Shown here: in pieces, positions 51,101 through 58,374 of the stretch
Numbering within the stretch: position 1 is the stretch's first letter
Layout: the number at the start of each line of letters is the position of its first letter
NCBI GenBank assembly: GCA_944362705.1
Contig: CALVTO010000001.1
Span: 147,623-211,622, forward strand
Source: an uncultured Clostridia bacterium
GTDB taxonomy: Bacteria; Bacillota; Clostridia; Christensenellales; UBA1242
DNA length: 64,000 nt
Reading direction: 5' to 3'
Notes under the pieces: generated by a model
The model's input: only the letters and a program-made list of their open reading frames with translations
Databases searched by the model: none
Told to the model about the DNA's origin: nothing
Program-made: the position numbers and the translations under genes

Positions 51101-52373
51101 AACAACTATTTACAATTACTCCTCTATGAGTATGACTCGTGGGGCTTCTACAAATGGCCATGTTGCGTACTATGCTACGGCTTACTTAAAAATTGACCCT
51201 ACAACCAATACAGTAACAAGTTATGATGGTACAGTTCGTGTTTTAGAAATTCCGGAAGGGGTTGTGGCCATTGGCGCTAATGCTTTTAAAGCAAATAAGT
51301 ATCTTTCCGTATTAACGTTGCCGTCTACATTAACAACCATAGGCGAAACGGCATTTCAAGATTGCTTTAATTTGGGTGTTATTATTAACAACTCAGCATT
51401 AGAAATAAGTCTTGAAACAACGGCGTTAGGGTATATTGGGTATTATGCTTCGTATGTTGGTGATGGCTCTGAGTTAACAAACACGGATGGTTTAATTGTA
51501 AACCGTGAAACCGATATGTTGTTAAAATATATTGGGGAAGATAAGGTTGTTGTTATTCCTAACGGTGTAACGAGTATTGCTAGATATGCCTTTTATTATA
51601 CGTTAGACAGAACGTCTGTAACCATACCTGATAGTGTAACAGATATTTATGCTTCTGCGTTTAACAATTCTTACTTTGCCGATGTTTATTATTCTAGTTT
51701 GGAAAATTGGTTGAACTTGAAATTTCATTCTACGATGGCCAACCCGTTGTATTATGCGCAAAATTTATATTTTAACAAAGTTAAGTTGGAAGGAACTTTA
51801 ACCATTCCGGTAGGTACAACTAAAGTGTTGTTTAGTGCATTTATTAACTATAAACACATTACAGCAATTTCTATTCCTTATAGTGTAACAAGTATTGGTA
51901 ATTATGCTTTTCGTGGTTGCTCGAACGTAAAAACAGTTACGTTTGGAACAGGCAGTAAATTAACGTATCTTGGTTCATATTCGTTCTACAATTGTTCTGC
52001 TTTAACTTCTATTACGATTCCTAGCGGAGTGACCGTTATAGAAGAATATGCGTTTGCAAAATGTTCTAGTTTACAACGGGTAAATCATGCGTCTAACTCT
52101 TCGAGTTTACATACCATTGCTCGCCATGCGTTTGAAGATTGCACATCTTTGGTTTCGTTTACGATTACGTATAATGTAACCGATATTGACGAGTATGCTT
52201 TTTCGGGATGTTCTTCCTTAGAGAGAGTTGTGTTCCTTGATACAAAAGGGTGGTATTGGGCGACATTGGTTACAACAGCAACCGGTACTGCAAAAGATGT
52301 AACAGACCCTGCGCAGAATGCAGAAGATTTTACTAGTTTATTGTATCAATTCTATTATTGGAATAAACGATAA
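45120..52373 (+). CDS. Giant BspA-type leucine-rich-repeat surface protein (~2417 aa), paralogue B
   Basis: AGGAGG (45105-45110), then 9 nt to TTG 45120 (the ORF opens at 45099). N-terminal signal anchor YYVLGALFMMLCLLSVSGLF. Dozens of LRR_5 units (IPNSVTTIGANTFENAS..., AFxxCxxLxxV). No LPXTG or other anchor recognised. Confidence 0.8.
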   Translation: MYKTNKIVYVYYVLGALFMMLCLLSVSGLFRKHFERALTESATASIALEATVDGSSLYIHTKSDEEIVKDLHYATGEDYAKAGEMLLPADATVLTVDFMRQFSAVAENITNITIAENISVIGDAYFSEQEQRYVGVFDEFSSLQTVSMTNVDTVGSYAFFGCDTLQTVTTDVSALTLHNLSVRNAGSMQIHGANLQHVMFEGAWGTARSGETYVGGITQADMQVLPKEQVTQISFVGDVAIGEQALLGFTALEYVQAPHAVCFDISSFDFHATKHFTISLHETTEITGAPYGSAYSNDESIPAEDGAKFDAIYMHILFPISSTASDLQYFSFTDYTYFSKENTNGYLYKIETLGIKQLFADYLYVKNIHYTTQDNETNLTYIAPIKTDGTAREDVSVLYLPKQSRGITFTKIEENFAEGAKNPVTGSTDGAGSYAYVTKLMVSGAYTTVGTVYKSYALPALETIIFADGITSVYNSIFTLDVGATFTQVWLPNTLQVYTSNENIYKVNASTVGIVIGGNVQYAMHEGGTSSVLVSPDGSYVTSLDGLTLYLGNNTGYVPEGVEIIALDAFAGKNALPAEYELPNSVTTIFSAFKQVSTNDASGLSVYIPSSVRYIYGAFENCSVLKSVTFADNSALQTIFANTFAYCVNLQNVEFEGVAQVQTVQANAFAYCENLLEITVPNSVTRIADTAFTGCAGLKTVYNYSDLSIVAGQTTFGEIAVHADAVFTLQNNTLVLFNGSRAHVVLPEFIYFIGANAFSNISTLQQITFSNYVQSVNATAFLNCLQLQEFIVDTNSTYFESVNGVLYTKGLQTLVRYPQGKEITEYTLQQAVQTIGAYAFYGCEGLVLLHVASNVLTIENNAFENCTQLQTIYNYSNLTIESGSVNHGMVALYASAVYSITDTTLRAFSGTIKDVVIPDFITAIGSRAFYGNTVMQTITIHSLVSGIYEDAFLQASALAGVYIKDVSAWCNTTFANNYANPLFTAGNLYVNNVLVTALQIPEAVSVISAYAFAGLKNVTSLALPNSVTTIGANTFENASMTEVHFADGLTQVQDNAFKNCTQLASVYVDSLEHWLKIRFQPNASNPLSLGAHFYVNKQQVTELVLPATTTTVLSAAFYGFTDVTKVTMYGALQTIEDNAFVGCDNLQTVVNISNLNIVAGNADFGEIALHAIEVFTLDVSTYYIKAFSGTQTNIVLPDLVKGIQNTAFSGNTSIQQIFIPIGVTEIMWNAFQDCSALQTVTFAENSALATIGNSAFNSCTSLTTITIPQGVTYIGYHVFNQCTNLINVTLLGNVTTIDGFAFASCSALQTLQLQSSPSVIGESAFANCTSLSQMFRVDAVTSIGASAFNGCASLQSVTLPNTLTTLGASAFANCSKLQNASLSNALTSIANETFANCVQLQTVSNMGAVASIGENAFTGCVALAQISLSGSLQSIANNAFYNCSSLQNVYFASNVNAWANISFSNANANPLYYGAKLFDANNNLVTNVFFENGVDTIKPYIFYNYVYLQSVALLDNWPDVGTDAFYGCVNLKVVLHDTLRINIKPGNDNHGYVAYYADIVFDFDRDSRYITDYTGNISNLIIPEGVYGLDTDVFKGDTSLQTLTIPSSMKVVAYNSFQDCTNLTAIYFTESATQTGTLQIQNSAFEGCTSLQTVEFSNIVGSIGWNAFKNCSSICWLTLPSSLTVIEGNAFEGCTRLAAIINHSSLSLQDGSTDNGYVAYYAGYIEDSGNFEIVDGVYLVETNLNALIRYYGSETEIVLPSSIPDIYYKGFYLNTNIQKVTVTSATSSIGDKAFEGCVNLQTVINTTSFDIMAGLETYGYIAYYAEYVYTLNASGTTLLKFSGSGLHVVVPQGVQTIVSNVFENNTTMLSIVLPSSLTSIETDAFVECINLAAIENNSTISITLGASTNGSIAYYAGYIGNIDTLTLVDNTYWLINNTLLLKVLNDVAVINNIPQSVTAIARYAFYKNTSVQTLYVPSTITKINDYAFYGCTNLTTIYNYSSMSMTRGASTNGHVAYYATAYLKIDPTTNTVTSYDGTVRVLEIPEGVVAIGANAFKANKYLSVLTLPSTLTTIGETAFQDCFNLGVIINNSALEISLETTALGYIGYYASYVGDGSELTNTDGLIVNRETDMLLKYIGEDKVVVIPNGVTSIARYAFYYTLDRTSVTIPDSVTDIYASAFNNSYFADVYYSSLENWLNLKFHSTMANPLYYAQNLYFNKVKLEGTLTIPVGTTKVLFSAFINYKHITAISIPYSVTSIGNYAFRGCSNVKTVTFGTGSKLTYLGSYSFYNCSALTSITIPSGVTVIEEYAFAKCSSLQRVNHASNSSSLHTIARHAFEDCTSLVSFTITYNVTDIDEYAFSGCSSLERVVFLDTKGWYWATLVTTATGTAKDVTDPAQNAEDFTSLLYQFYYWNKR
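45404..45436 (+). repeat. 33-nt exact direct repeat, copy 2
   Basis: Identical to 39625-39657. Confidence 0.9.
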
Positions 52374-52375
52374 AA

Positions 52376-52401
52376 AACAAGGCGCAATGCCTTGTTTTTT
52401 T
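52376..52401 (+). terminator. Rho-independent terminator after LRR-B
   Basis: aacaagg-N7-ccttgtt followed by T7. Confidence 0.85.
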
Positions 52402-52548
52402 ATGTGTACATAAAGATGCAATAAGCCTAAATGGAATACGCACGTATATAAAAGAAAGGGTGTGGGTATTGTATATGGTTTTTCAAGAAGCATATGTGTA
52501 CATGCTTCTTTTTTATAATATTTTATAAAAAATACCAAAATTTTATAA

Positions 52549-52575
52549 AAAATGGTTAAAAGTGGTCAAAAGTGG
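52549..52575 (+). promoter_or_regulatory. Three 10-bp-phased direct repeats (candidate MraZ operator)
   Basis: AAAATGG-tta-AAAGTGG-tca-AAAGTGG, abutting the -35 of the mraZ promoter. Confidence 0.5.
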
Positions 52576-52604
52576 TTGCTAAATTGGACAGCATTAGGTA
52601 TAAT
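52576..52604 (+). promoter_or_regulatory. Sigma-A promoter of the dcw cluster
   Basis: TTGCTA (52576-52581), 17 nt, TATAAT (52599-52604). Confidence 0.55.
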
Positions 52605-52639
52605 ATACTCAAATACGAAAAGGAAAGGAGGCGAAAGTT

Positions 52640-53068
52640 ATGTTTTTTGGAACGTACCGTCATTTAATTGATGAAAAAAACAGATTTCGTGTTCCTACCA
52701 AACTTAAAGAAGGTTTAGGCACAAATTGGGTTATTACCAAAGGAGCGAATGGTTGCTTGTTTGGGTTTTCTAAACAAACTATGGAGCAAGACATTTACCC
52801 GAAACTTAACGGCATTAGCATGTTTGATACCGAAGCGCAAAAACCTTTACGTATTTTGTTTTCTTCGGCTTTTGAAACAGAAGAAGATAAACAAGGCAGA
52901 ATTTTATTGCCACAAGAATTAAAAGCTTACGCTGGTATTACAAAAAATATTGTTACCATTGGTGTGGGTTCGCGTATTGAAATTTGGGCGGAAGAAGCGT
53001 TTAACGCATACACGAAAGATACAAATTTTGCTACCGAATCGGCAAAGTTGAGTGAATATGGAATATAA
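52640..53068 (+). CDS. mraZ: Transcriptional regulator MraZ
   Basis: MFFGTYRHLIDEKNRFRVPTKLKE and a second SpoVT/AbrB-like repeat DKQGRILLPQELK. Confidence 0.93.
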   Translation: MFFGTYRHLIDEKNRFRVPTKLKEGLGTNWVITKGANGCLFGFSKQTMEQDIYPKLNGISMFDTEAQKPLRILFSSAFETEEDKQGRILLPQELKAYAGITKNIVTIGVGSRIEIWAEEAFNAYTKDTNFATESAKLSEYGI

Positions 53069-53990
53069 ACACATTTCGGTTATGGCGCGTGAATGTTTAG
53101 ATGCGCTACAAGTGCATGATGGAGGTTTATACATAGACGCCACATTGGGTGGTGCGGGGCATACGTTACGCATGTTACAAAGTGCCAACAACGTACATGT
53201 GCTTGCTACCGACCTAGACCAAGACGCCTTACAAAACGCGCGCACCGTATTAAAAGACTACAAAAACCAAGTAACGCTTGTGCATGCAAACTTTAAACAG
53301 TTACCTGAAATTTTACAACAAAATGGCATAACGCAAGTAGATGGGGTGCTATTTGATTTAGGCGTTTCGAGTTATCAGTTAGATAACGCCGAACGCGGGT
53401 TTTCCTTCCGTGCCAATGCCGAGTTAGATATGCGTATGAACCTACAACAAACGCGCACAGCAAAAGATATTGTGAATCGTTATTCCTTAGAAGACCTCAC
53501 GCGTATTTTTAAGGAGTATGGAGAAGAACGTTTTGCAAAACTCATTGCAAACAAAATTCTAAAAACGCGTGAAAAAACACCTATTACAAGCACGTTGCAA
53601 TTAAAACAACTTATTATGGAAGCAACACCACAATATAAGCAAAGTGAAAAAATTGCAACCGTTACACGTATTTTTCAAGCCATTCGTATTGAAGTAAACG
53701 ACGAGCTTAGCGGGTTATATGAAGTGCTTGTAAGCTTAGCGCCCTTCATAAAATCGGGCGGTAGAATGGTGGTGCTAACGTTTCATTCTTTAGAAGATAG
53801 AATTGTGAAACATGCATTCAAAGAACTTACCACAGGGTGCATTTGTCCGCCAGATTTTCCGATTTGTGTATGCGGGCATAAAGCTTTATGCAAACCTATT
53901 ACACACAAACCAGTGGTTTCCACTGCGGAAGAATTGGCAGAAAACGCAAGGGCTAGCAGTGCCAAACTGCGTGTGGTAGAAAAATTGTAA
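53052..53990 (+). CDS. rsmH: 16S rRNA (cytosine1402-N4)-methyltransferase RsmH
   Basis: HISVM..., DATLGGAGH, DLGVSSYQLD, FHSLEDRIVK. The start is GTG 53052 or ATG 53058. Confidence 0.93.
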   Translation: MNMEYKHISVMARECLDALQVHDGGLYIDATLGGAGHTLRMLQSANNVHVLATDLDQDALQNARTVLKDYKNQVTLVHANFKQLPEILQQNGITQVDGVLFDLGVSSYQLDNAERGFSFRANAELDMRMNLQQTRTAKDIVNRYSLEDLTRIFKEYGEERFAKLIANKILKTREKTPITSTLQLKQLIMEATPQYKQSEKIATVTRIFQAIRIEVNDELSGLYEVLVSLAPFIKSGGRMVVLTFHSLEDRIVKHAFKELTTGCICPPDFPICVCGHKALCKPITHKPVVSTAEELAENARASSAKLRVVEKL

Positions 53991-54010
53991 CAAAGGGGGG
54001 ACGAGCAGGT

Positions 54011-54637
54011 ATGGTTTTACAAGAAAAAGAAGTAAAAACAGAACAACAAAAAGTTACAACACCTTATTCTTACTATGGGTATTCTGCACCTGTTGTGGAA
54101 GAACCTACACTAGAAGAGGTACCTTTTGATGATGGCTCTTTTGATTTTGAAACAGAGTATAGCAAGGTAGATGCGCCTACATATGAAAAGCAAGAACATG
54201 TTTTGCCTTCTTACACGTTTAAACGTGATAAAACGGTAGAACAAAAACAAGAACAAACCATTGTGGCAACCAGCGAAGTGCAACCACAAGCACACCTTTC
54301 TGCTCGCGCTAAAATTATTTTATCGGTTATGAGTATTGTGGCTTGTATGTTGGTAGCTTTTTCCATTTATAATGCGGTTAGTATTTCGGCTTTAGGGTAT
54401 TCAGTGGCTGAAAAAAGCGCTGTTTACGCTAGCATGCAAGAAGAAGTTGGTGCATTAGAAGAAACCTACAACGGTTTGGCAAGCGATGAAGCCATTAACA
54501 ATCAACTTGGGGACTTGTATGTAAATGGTGGCAGTGAAATTGTGTTACCAACCATGCCAGAACGTGATGCCATTGTATACGAAACACCAACCAACTGGTT
54601 TGATAGGCTTTGCGAATGGTTTAGTAATTTATTTTAA
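54011..54637 (+). CDS. Single-pass membrane protein in the FtsL position of the dcw cluster
   Basis: Acidic N-terminus, one TM helix (IILSVMSIVACMLVAFSIYNAV) and a short extracytoplasmic coiled region. The assignment rests on position only. Confidence 0.5.
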   Translation: MVLQEKEVKTEQQKVTTPYSYYGYSAPVVEEPTLEEVPFDDGSFDFETEYSKVDAPTYEKQEHVLPSYTFKRDKTVEQKQEQTIVATSEVQPQAHLSARAKIILSVMSIVACMLVAFSIYNAVSISALGYSVAEKSAVYASMQEEVGALEETYNGLASDEAINNQLGDLYVNGGSEIVLPTMPERDAIVYETPTNWFDRLCEWFSNLF

Positions 54638-54646
54638 TTTAGTTTA

Positions 54647-54675
54647 AAAACGCTTGTTTACAAGCGTTTTTTCTT
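54647..54675 (+). terminator. Rho-independent terminator inside the dcw cluster
   Basis: aaaacgcttg-ttta-caagcgtttt followed by a T run. Confidence 0.75.
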
Positions 54676-54821
54676 TTGCTTGTTATTGCGTTGTAGCGTA
54701 TTGTTTTTATACATTATGATTTGTACTTACGTTATTGTGCAGTTGCATGTTTTTTGCGGTATAGGTAAAAAGTGCGCATACACATATTTTGTAAAGAATA
54801 TACTTTACTAGAGGTGTGTGT

Positions 54822-56747
54822 ATGGTAGGAAATTATTCTTCTATTTCGGTAGGGAAAAGGCTTTTGGCAAGTGTGCTTGCCATTGGCTTTTTTTTCGTGC
54901 TTTTATTAGGAAGATTGTTGTTTTTGCAAGTTATAGATAGTTCTACGTTGCAAGCGCGGGCACTTTCACAATGGATGCGTGATATTCCCATAGAAGCATT
55001 ACGCGGTAAAATATACGACCGCAATGGCGTGTTGCTTGCCGACAGTTACACAACGTACGATGTGTATGTGCGTCCTGCTGCGGTAGAAAACGCAGAAAAT
55101 GTAGCAAGTGTGCTTGCCCATGCGCTAGAACTTAATTACGATGAAGTACTTGCAAAGTTCTCTGGTTCGACATATTCTGAGGTTTTGATTGCAAAAGGGA
55201 TACAATCTGACCAAATGCAGTCCATTTTAAACAATTATGAAAATGGTATACTATTTAGCGAAAACACCGAGCGCAATTACGTTTTCAACGATTTATTAAC
55301 GCAAGTGCTTGGGTTTACCAATGTAGATGGTGATGGTCAAACAGGCTTAGAGGCTTTTTACAACGCTTATTTAAAAGGTGTAGAAGGTGCAAGCTTAACC
55401 GAAGGGGATATTCGGGGTGATACCATTAAAGGTTCTACAACGTATTATTTGCCAGCCATAGATGGGCTTGATTTACATTTAACTATTGATGCGGGTATGC
55501 AACAAATTGTAGAAAGTGTTTTAAACAGTGCCATGGCTCTACATAACCCGAAAAGTGCTTCGTGCATTGTTATGCAACCACAAACGGGTGAAATTTTAGC
55601 CATGAGTACCAAGCCTTCGTTTAACCTAAACGAAGTTCCGCGTGATGATGTACAAGAGCTTATGCAACTTTCACAAAATTTTAATGTATCTTCAGCGTAT
55701 GAACCCGGTTCTACCTTTAAAGTGATTATTGCTGCTATTGCGCTAGATGCAGGCGTAACCAGTGTGCACGATTACTTTTATTGTAGTGGGTTTAAAGTGG
55801 TGCAAGGTGTAAAAATTAACTGTGCAAGACGTTCGGGGCATGGTTCGCAAAGCTTAGAAAAAATTCTTTGCAACAGTTGCAATTGTGGGTTTATGGAACT
55901 TGCTATGCGTATTGGACTAGATACACTGTACGACTATTTCAAAAAGTTAAAAGTTGGTGAAATTTTAGGGGTAGATGTTCCGGGCGAGTCTTCGGGCGTT
56001 TTAATGAGCAAAGCAAGTGTACACCTTTATGACTTAGCGCGCATGGGGTTTGGTCAGGCCATTGCCATTACGCCACTTCAATTAGTTTCGGCTAGTAGCG
56101 CGTGCATTAACGGCGGAATACTTGTGCAACCATATTTGGTGAAAGAAATTTCTACCAACCATAGCCAAACCGTTGCGTACATAAAAGAAACAGGCGCTAT
56201 GCAACGTGTGTTGCAAAGCAGTGTAAGCGAAATACTTAACCCGCTGTTAGAAAAAGTGGTTTCTAGTGGTGGTGGTAAACAGGCACAGGTGGTTGGGTAT
56301 AACATTGGTGGTAAAACAGGTACGGCACAAAAGTATGAAAATGGTGCGATTGCACAAGGCAAGTATGTAGCTTCGTTTTTAGGGTTTTATCCCATTTTAA
56401 ACCCTGAATACATTGTGCTTGTGGTGGTAGATGAACCACAAGGCGCATACTATGGTGGTGTGGTGGCTGCACCGCTTGCATCACAAATTTTTAGTAAAAT
56501 TTTTGAACTGCGAGAAACCGAAAAAGATGATGCTAACGCACACCGCGTGACCAATATTTGTGTACCAGATGTAACAGGCTTAACGTTAACAGAAGCTTGC
56601 AGTAAACTTGCGGAATTAGGCTTATATTACCTTGTAGATGGCACAGGCGGCGTGGTGGTTGACCAATATGTAAAACCAAACACCATGGTAAGCAAAGGCG
56701 ACGTAGTGCTGATTATTATGAGCGAAAATGATGGCGAAGCGTGGTAA
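54822..56747 (+). CDS. Class B penicillin-binding protein (FtsI/SpoVD type) with one C-terminal PASTA domain
   Basis: Signal anchor, PBP dimerisation domain, transpeptidase motifs (STFK in EPGSTFKVI; KTGTA), and PASTA VPDVTGLTLTEACSKLAELGL. Confidence 0.9.
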   Translation: MVGNYSSISVGKRLLASVLAIGFFFVLLLGRLLFLQVIDSSTLQARALSQWMRDIPIEALRGKIYDRNGVLLADSYTTYDVYVRPAAVENAENVASVLAHALELNYDEVLAKFSGSTYSEVLIAKGIQSDQMQSILNNYENGILFSENTERNYVFNDLLTQVLGFTNVDGDGQTGLEAFYNAYLKGVEGASLTEGDIRGDTIKGSTTYYLPAIDGLDLHLTIDAGMQQIVESVLNSAMALHNPKSASCIVMQPQTGEILAMSTKPSFNLNEVPRDDVQELMQLSQNFNVSSAYEPGSTFKVIIAAIALDAGVTSVHDYFYCSGFKVVQGVKINCARRSGHGSQSLEKILCNSCNCGFMELAMRIGLDTLYDYFKKLKVGEILGVDVPGESSGVLMSKASVHLYDLARMGFGQAIAITPLQLVSASSACINGGILVQPYLVKEISTNHSQTVAYIKETGAMQRVLQSSVSEILNPLLEKVVSSGGGKQAQVVGYNIGGKTGTAQKYENGAIAQGKYVASFLGFYPILNPEYIVLVVVDEPQGAYYGGVVAAPLASQIFSKIFELRETEKDDANAHRVTNICVPDVTGLTLTEACSKLAELGLYYLVDGTGGVVVDQYVKPNTMVSKGDVVLIIMSENDGEAW

Positions 56748-56838
56748 CGCTAAAACAAAAAAACAAGGCTTGCAACATAATGCTTACATAAGATAAAAAA
56801 ATTTTGAAACAAGCTGAAAAATATGATAGGAGAACATA

Positions 56839-58320
56839 ATGAGATTTGATGAGTTAATTCGGTATACCGATTTTTTACAAGTTATAGGGCAAACCAAACA
56901 TAAACACGATATTCGTGATATGACCATTCGTGCGGAAAACGCACATAACGACAGTTTATATTTTGCGATTACTGGTACCAAACACAATGGGCACGATTTT
57001 ATACCCGATGCCATACAAAGGGGTTGCAAGTGCTTTGTGGTAAGCAAACCACAAATTTTGCCAGCCGATTGTGTGCAAGTGGTGGTAGAAGATGTGCGAA
57101 AATATATGCCCATGCTTGCTAGCAAGTTTTATATGCACCCAGAAAAGCAACTAAAACTTATTGGCGTAACGGGGACAAATGGAAAAACCACAACTACCTA
57201 TATGTTACAAGGTATTTTAGAGCAAGCAGGGCATAAGGTAGGGGTTATTGGTACAAACGGAGCAAAAATTGGCAAGAAAGTGCTTTGGAATGGTTTAACC
57301 ACGCCCGATCCAATTGACTTATTTGGCATATTGCGCACCATGGCAGACGCTAAAGTAGATGTAGTGGCTATGGAAGTAAGTGCCCATGCGTTAGATTTAC
57401 ATAAAATTTACGGTTTGCAATTTGATGTAGCTATTTTTACCAACCTAACGCAAGACCATTTAGATTATTTTCATACCATGGAAGCCTACGGGCAAGCAAA
57501 GGCGCAACTATTTACGCCAGAGTATGCTAAGGTTGGCGTAGTGAATATAGATGACGATTTTGGGAAACATTTAGATGCTATAAGTGAAATTCCTATTCTT
57601 ACTACCAGCATGCGTGGACCTGCGCATATACAAGGAGCAGTAGGGCAGGTGCAAGAAGCAAAGCAAACATTTACAGCTAGTGTTGCAGGGTTGCCATTAT
57701 CTTTCACTTTGCCTATGCTAGGCGATTATAACGAAATGAATGCGTTAGGTGCTATTGCAGCAACAAGTATTTTAGGTGTACCTCTAGAATGTGCGCAAAA
57801 AGGGTTAGAACACATGCCGAATGTAGAAGGCAGGTTTGATGCCATTCCGCTTGGCAACCACGGGCTTGCTATTATTGATTATGCCCACACGCCCGATGGG
57901 TTGCAACACATATTAGAAAGTGTGCGCTTATTTTGCAAAGGCAGTGTGATTTCTGTGTTTGGCTGTGGTGGTAACCGTGATGCGGGCAAGCGCCCCATTA
58001 TGGGGGAAATTTCCAGTAAACTTGCAGACTTTACCATTATTACAAGTGATAACCCACGCTATGAAAACCCTGCGGACATTATTTTACAAATAGAAGAAGG
58101 TATGGCGCAAACAAACGCCCATAATTATACAAAACTTGTCAACCGTGAAGACGCCATCGCTCTTGCCGTACGTATGGCAAAAAAAGAAGACGTAGTCGTT
58201 ATTAGTGGCAAAGGTGCGGAAAATTATATGGACGCTATGGGTAAAAAAACGCCGTATAGCGACTACCAAAGTGTAGAGCGTGCACTAGGTGCGCTTTATG
58301 AAAAGAATGTAAGAAAATAA
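56839..58320 (+). CDS. murE: UDP-N-acetylmuramoyl-L-alanyl-D-glutamate--2,6-diaminopimelate (or lysine) ligase
   Basis: GVTGTNGKTTTTYM, DYAHTPDGL, and GCGGNRD...R, which looks DAP-type. Confidence 0.92.
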   Translation: MRFDELIRYTDFLQVIGQTKHKHDIRDMTIRAENAHNDSLYFAITGTKHNGHDFIPDAIQRGCKCFVVSKPQILPADCVQVVVEDVRKYMPMLASKFYMHPEKQLKLIGVTGTNGKTTTTYMLQGILEQAGHKVGVIGTNGAKIGKKVLWNGLTTPDPIDLFGILRTMADAKVDVVAMEVSAHALDLHKIYGLQFDVAIFTNLTQDHLDYFHTMEAYGQAKAQLFTPEYAKVGVVNIDDDFGKHLDAISEIPILTTSMRGPAHIQGAVGQVQEAKQTFTASVAGLPLSFTLPMLGDYNEMNALGAIAATSILGVPLECAQKGLEHMPNVEGRFDAIPLGNHGLAIIDYAHTPDGLQHILESVRLFCKGSVISVFGCGGNRDAGKRPIMGEISSKLADFTIITSDNPRYENPADIILQIEEGMAQTNAHNYTKLVNREDAIALAVRMAKKEDVVVISGKGAENYMDAMGKKTPYSDYQSVERALGALYEKNVRK

Positions 58321-58374
58321 CGATATATGGTTGTTTTACGTTGTTACGTGAGACATAATACAAAGGGGAAAACT

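Noticed and set aside
39335-52373. Diversity-generating retroelement or invertible-promoter control of the LRR genes
   Set aside because: The window contains no reverse transcriptase, no template repeat, no recombinase and no flanking inverted repeats.
54700-54815. Sigma-E promoter for the PBP gene (gcgCATACACAt)
   Set aside because: The -10-like CATACACA lacks the terminal T. The only ATA-type -35 candidate is at a spacing inconsistent with the spoIVA candidate and with the remembered consensus.
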